From: Lophium mytilinum
Lineage: Eukaryota
NCBI GenBank assembly: GCA_010093605.1
Contig: MU004192.1
Location: 1,693,464 to 1,757,463 of the forward strand
Direction: 5' to 3'
Length of the DNA stretch: 64,000 nucleotides
The translations under genes were made by a program, and so were the position numbers. Below the pieces are notes generated by a model, which was not told where the DNA came from, did not search any database, and was given only the letters and a program-made list of their open reading frames with translations. Shown piece by piece: positions 62,288 to 64,000 of the stretch (its first letter is position 1; each line of letters begins with the position of its first letter).

Positions 62288-64000
62288 GTCGAATGCCGTG
62301 TGCCGCGGGGGCGACTCCGGGAACAGAGGGAAGCTGCAGTCGCCCGCGTCCTCGAACAGAAGATCCGAGTCCTGGAGCTCGTTGGTCCTGTGGCCAGAGC
62401 CGAGCTCGTGGGGCTTGCGGCGGGCGTGCCACGAGAAGTAGAGGTCCTTCTCTCCTCGCTTCCGGCCAAAGTGAGGGGAGCAGGCGGCCTCGATCGGGGT
62501 GCTAATGGGAGTGGTGTCGGCGGTCGACTCGCGCCCTCGGTCGCTGGTGACGGGCGAGTAGTAGAGGGGTGGCGGCGTTGAAGTCTCTTGTGAATCCAGC
62601 TTCACGGCTTGCACAGTTGAGCCGGCGGTGTCGGCGGCGGCAGGCAGAGCAGACGACTCGGCGGCGACAGCGGAGAGGGCGGCGCGCGAGGGCACTGTGA
62701 TGCAGCGCGGGATGGTTCAAACGACGGGTGCGTCGTCGTGTCGGGGCTGCGCGTGGAGCAGAGTGCGAGAGAGTGTAGTGGTGGTGGAGTCTCGAGTGTC
62801 GAGGGATAAATGCGGTGACGAACCAAAGGCCCGGCGGACTGGAAGACGATGCGGCCCGGGAGCTGCAGCGGTATGGACACGGTGATTCGCTGCGGAATAG
62901 TCTTGGACGGCGACTGAGCTCGTTCGAGATGCGAGGGTGCACGGCTGCGTACCTAGAGGCGGGTCTGTGTCACGGCCGTGGGTCTCTGTAGTGGGCGGCG
63001 GCGAGGTTTCAAAGTTCTCAAGTGGATGATGTCGAATGTGCTGCTCTGCTGCCAACGGGCGGGCTGCGGGCTGCCTCACGTCTATGTATTGCAGCGGCTG
63101 CAGTAGCACCATGTATCTAAAGGGCGATTGGATGTCAGGCTCATACACACTCTGCCTGTCGCCCCGAGTCTTGTCCTAGCTCGAGCGTCGAGCTGTTGCC
63201 ACGCGAAATGGTCCCGCGACGGCCCATCGCGTGGCTTTCAGGGTGTTCGGTGTCTTTCTTTTCCATGACGACGCCCTTCCCTTGGCCCCTACCGCACCCA
63301 ACATCCGTATACTACACTATCTACACCAGCTCCAGCCCCTCCAACACCAAGCCGCGCCTCTTTGCCGCCCGCTTTGAGGAGTTCGTCTCATGAACCGTCT
63401 CTGCATCTCCAGACGCCTGACCAGGGCAATGCTGGCGAGCAAGCCGCGCTATCCCCTGCTTGGCGCTGGTATCGTCCAAGGTTGCTTTTAATCTCATACC
63501 ACCACCGCCCGCTGCGTATATCACCACCACACTCGTCCGCACCCAGTGTGCTTAGTAGTTCGGTAGGCAATAAGCATCCGGGCCACTCATCACAACTTGG
63601 GGTTGACATTGGAGAGCACTACTGCGGCCCAGCAATGGGGTACTACCGTGGTTCAATCGCATGCGTCAACGCCATGGTTCAAGGGTGGAGCCGACTTCGA
63701 CATTAGCTCCTATTCCCATGCAGACATTGAAGGTTGCGTTTGCACATGAAAGCACGCGAACACAGCTCTCAAAACAACCGCCAGAGCTTGCATAAAACAT
63801 GTCTCACGTTTCGGCATACCGCATTAGACGGCCGCCCCGCATATTAAACGTTTCCAGCCATGGCTTTCCAAGATTCCACGACGACAGTCGTATTTCAAGC
63901 TTGATTGATGTCAGTCTAATAAGCATTTTCCACCTGCACGCTTCTAGCCCTCGGTCTCGATCAATTGAGCAGCTACCAAGGTAGTCGCCGACCTCACCTG

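Noticed and set aside
1..64000. Starship or other giant transposon carrying the cluster
   Set aside because: No DUF3435 tyrosine recombinase, transposase or recognisable terminal repeats are visible.

Overview
This is eukaryotic, intron-containing DNA from a filamentous ascomycete (short GT-AG introns with CTRAY branch points). Most of the window (about 5-50.6 kb) is a dense cluster of oxidative and hydrolytic enzyme genes with no PKS, NRPS or terpene synthase and no pathway-specific regulator in view. It encodes two Baeyer-Villiger/flavin monooxygenases, two P450s, a cytochrome b5, a 3-ketosteroid delta-1-dehydrogenase-like flavoprotein, an NTF2/SnoaL protein, two SDRs, an MDR reductase, a PRISE-family reductase, a carboxylesterase, a LigB/DODA extradiol dioxygenase, an FAH-family enzyme, an aldehyde dehydrogenase, an AhpD-like protein and two MFS transporters. 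I read this, by inference, as a catabolic or detoxification cluster for steroid- or terpenoid-like ring compounds. It is bracketed by two same-orientation F-box-like/ankyrin paralogs; the second is broken by a 125-bp solo-LTR-like insertion with a 5-bp target-site duplication. Other notable items are an in-frame fusion of a mitochondrial K+/H+ exchange (Mit_KHE1-like) protein to a HET-6-type cell-death domain, a degenerate ~98-bp tandem array, and an SFP1 gene with an ATG-free open N-terminal extension. All family calls come from motif recognition by eye, not database searches; coordinates of spliced genes are start-to-stop spans.
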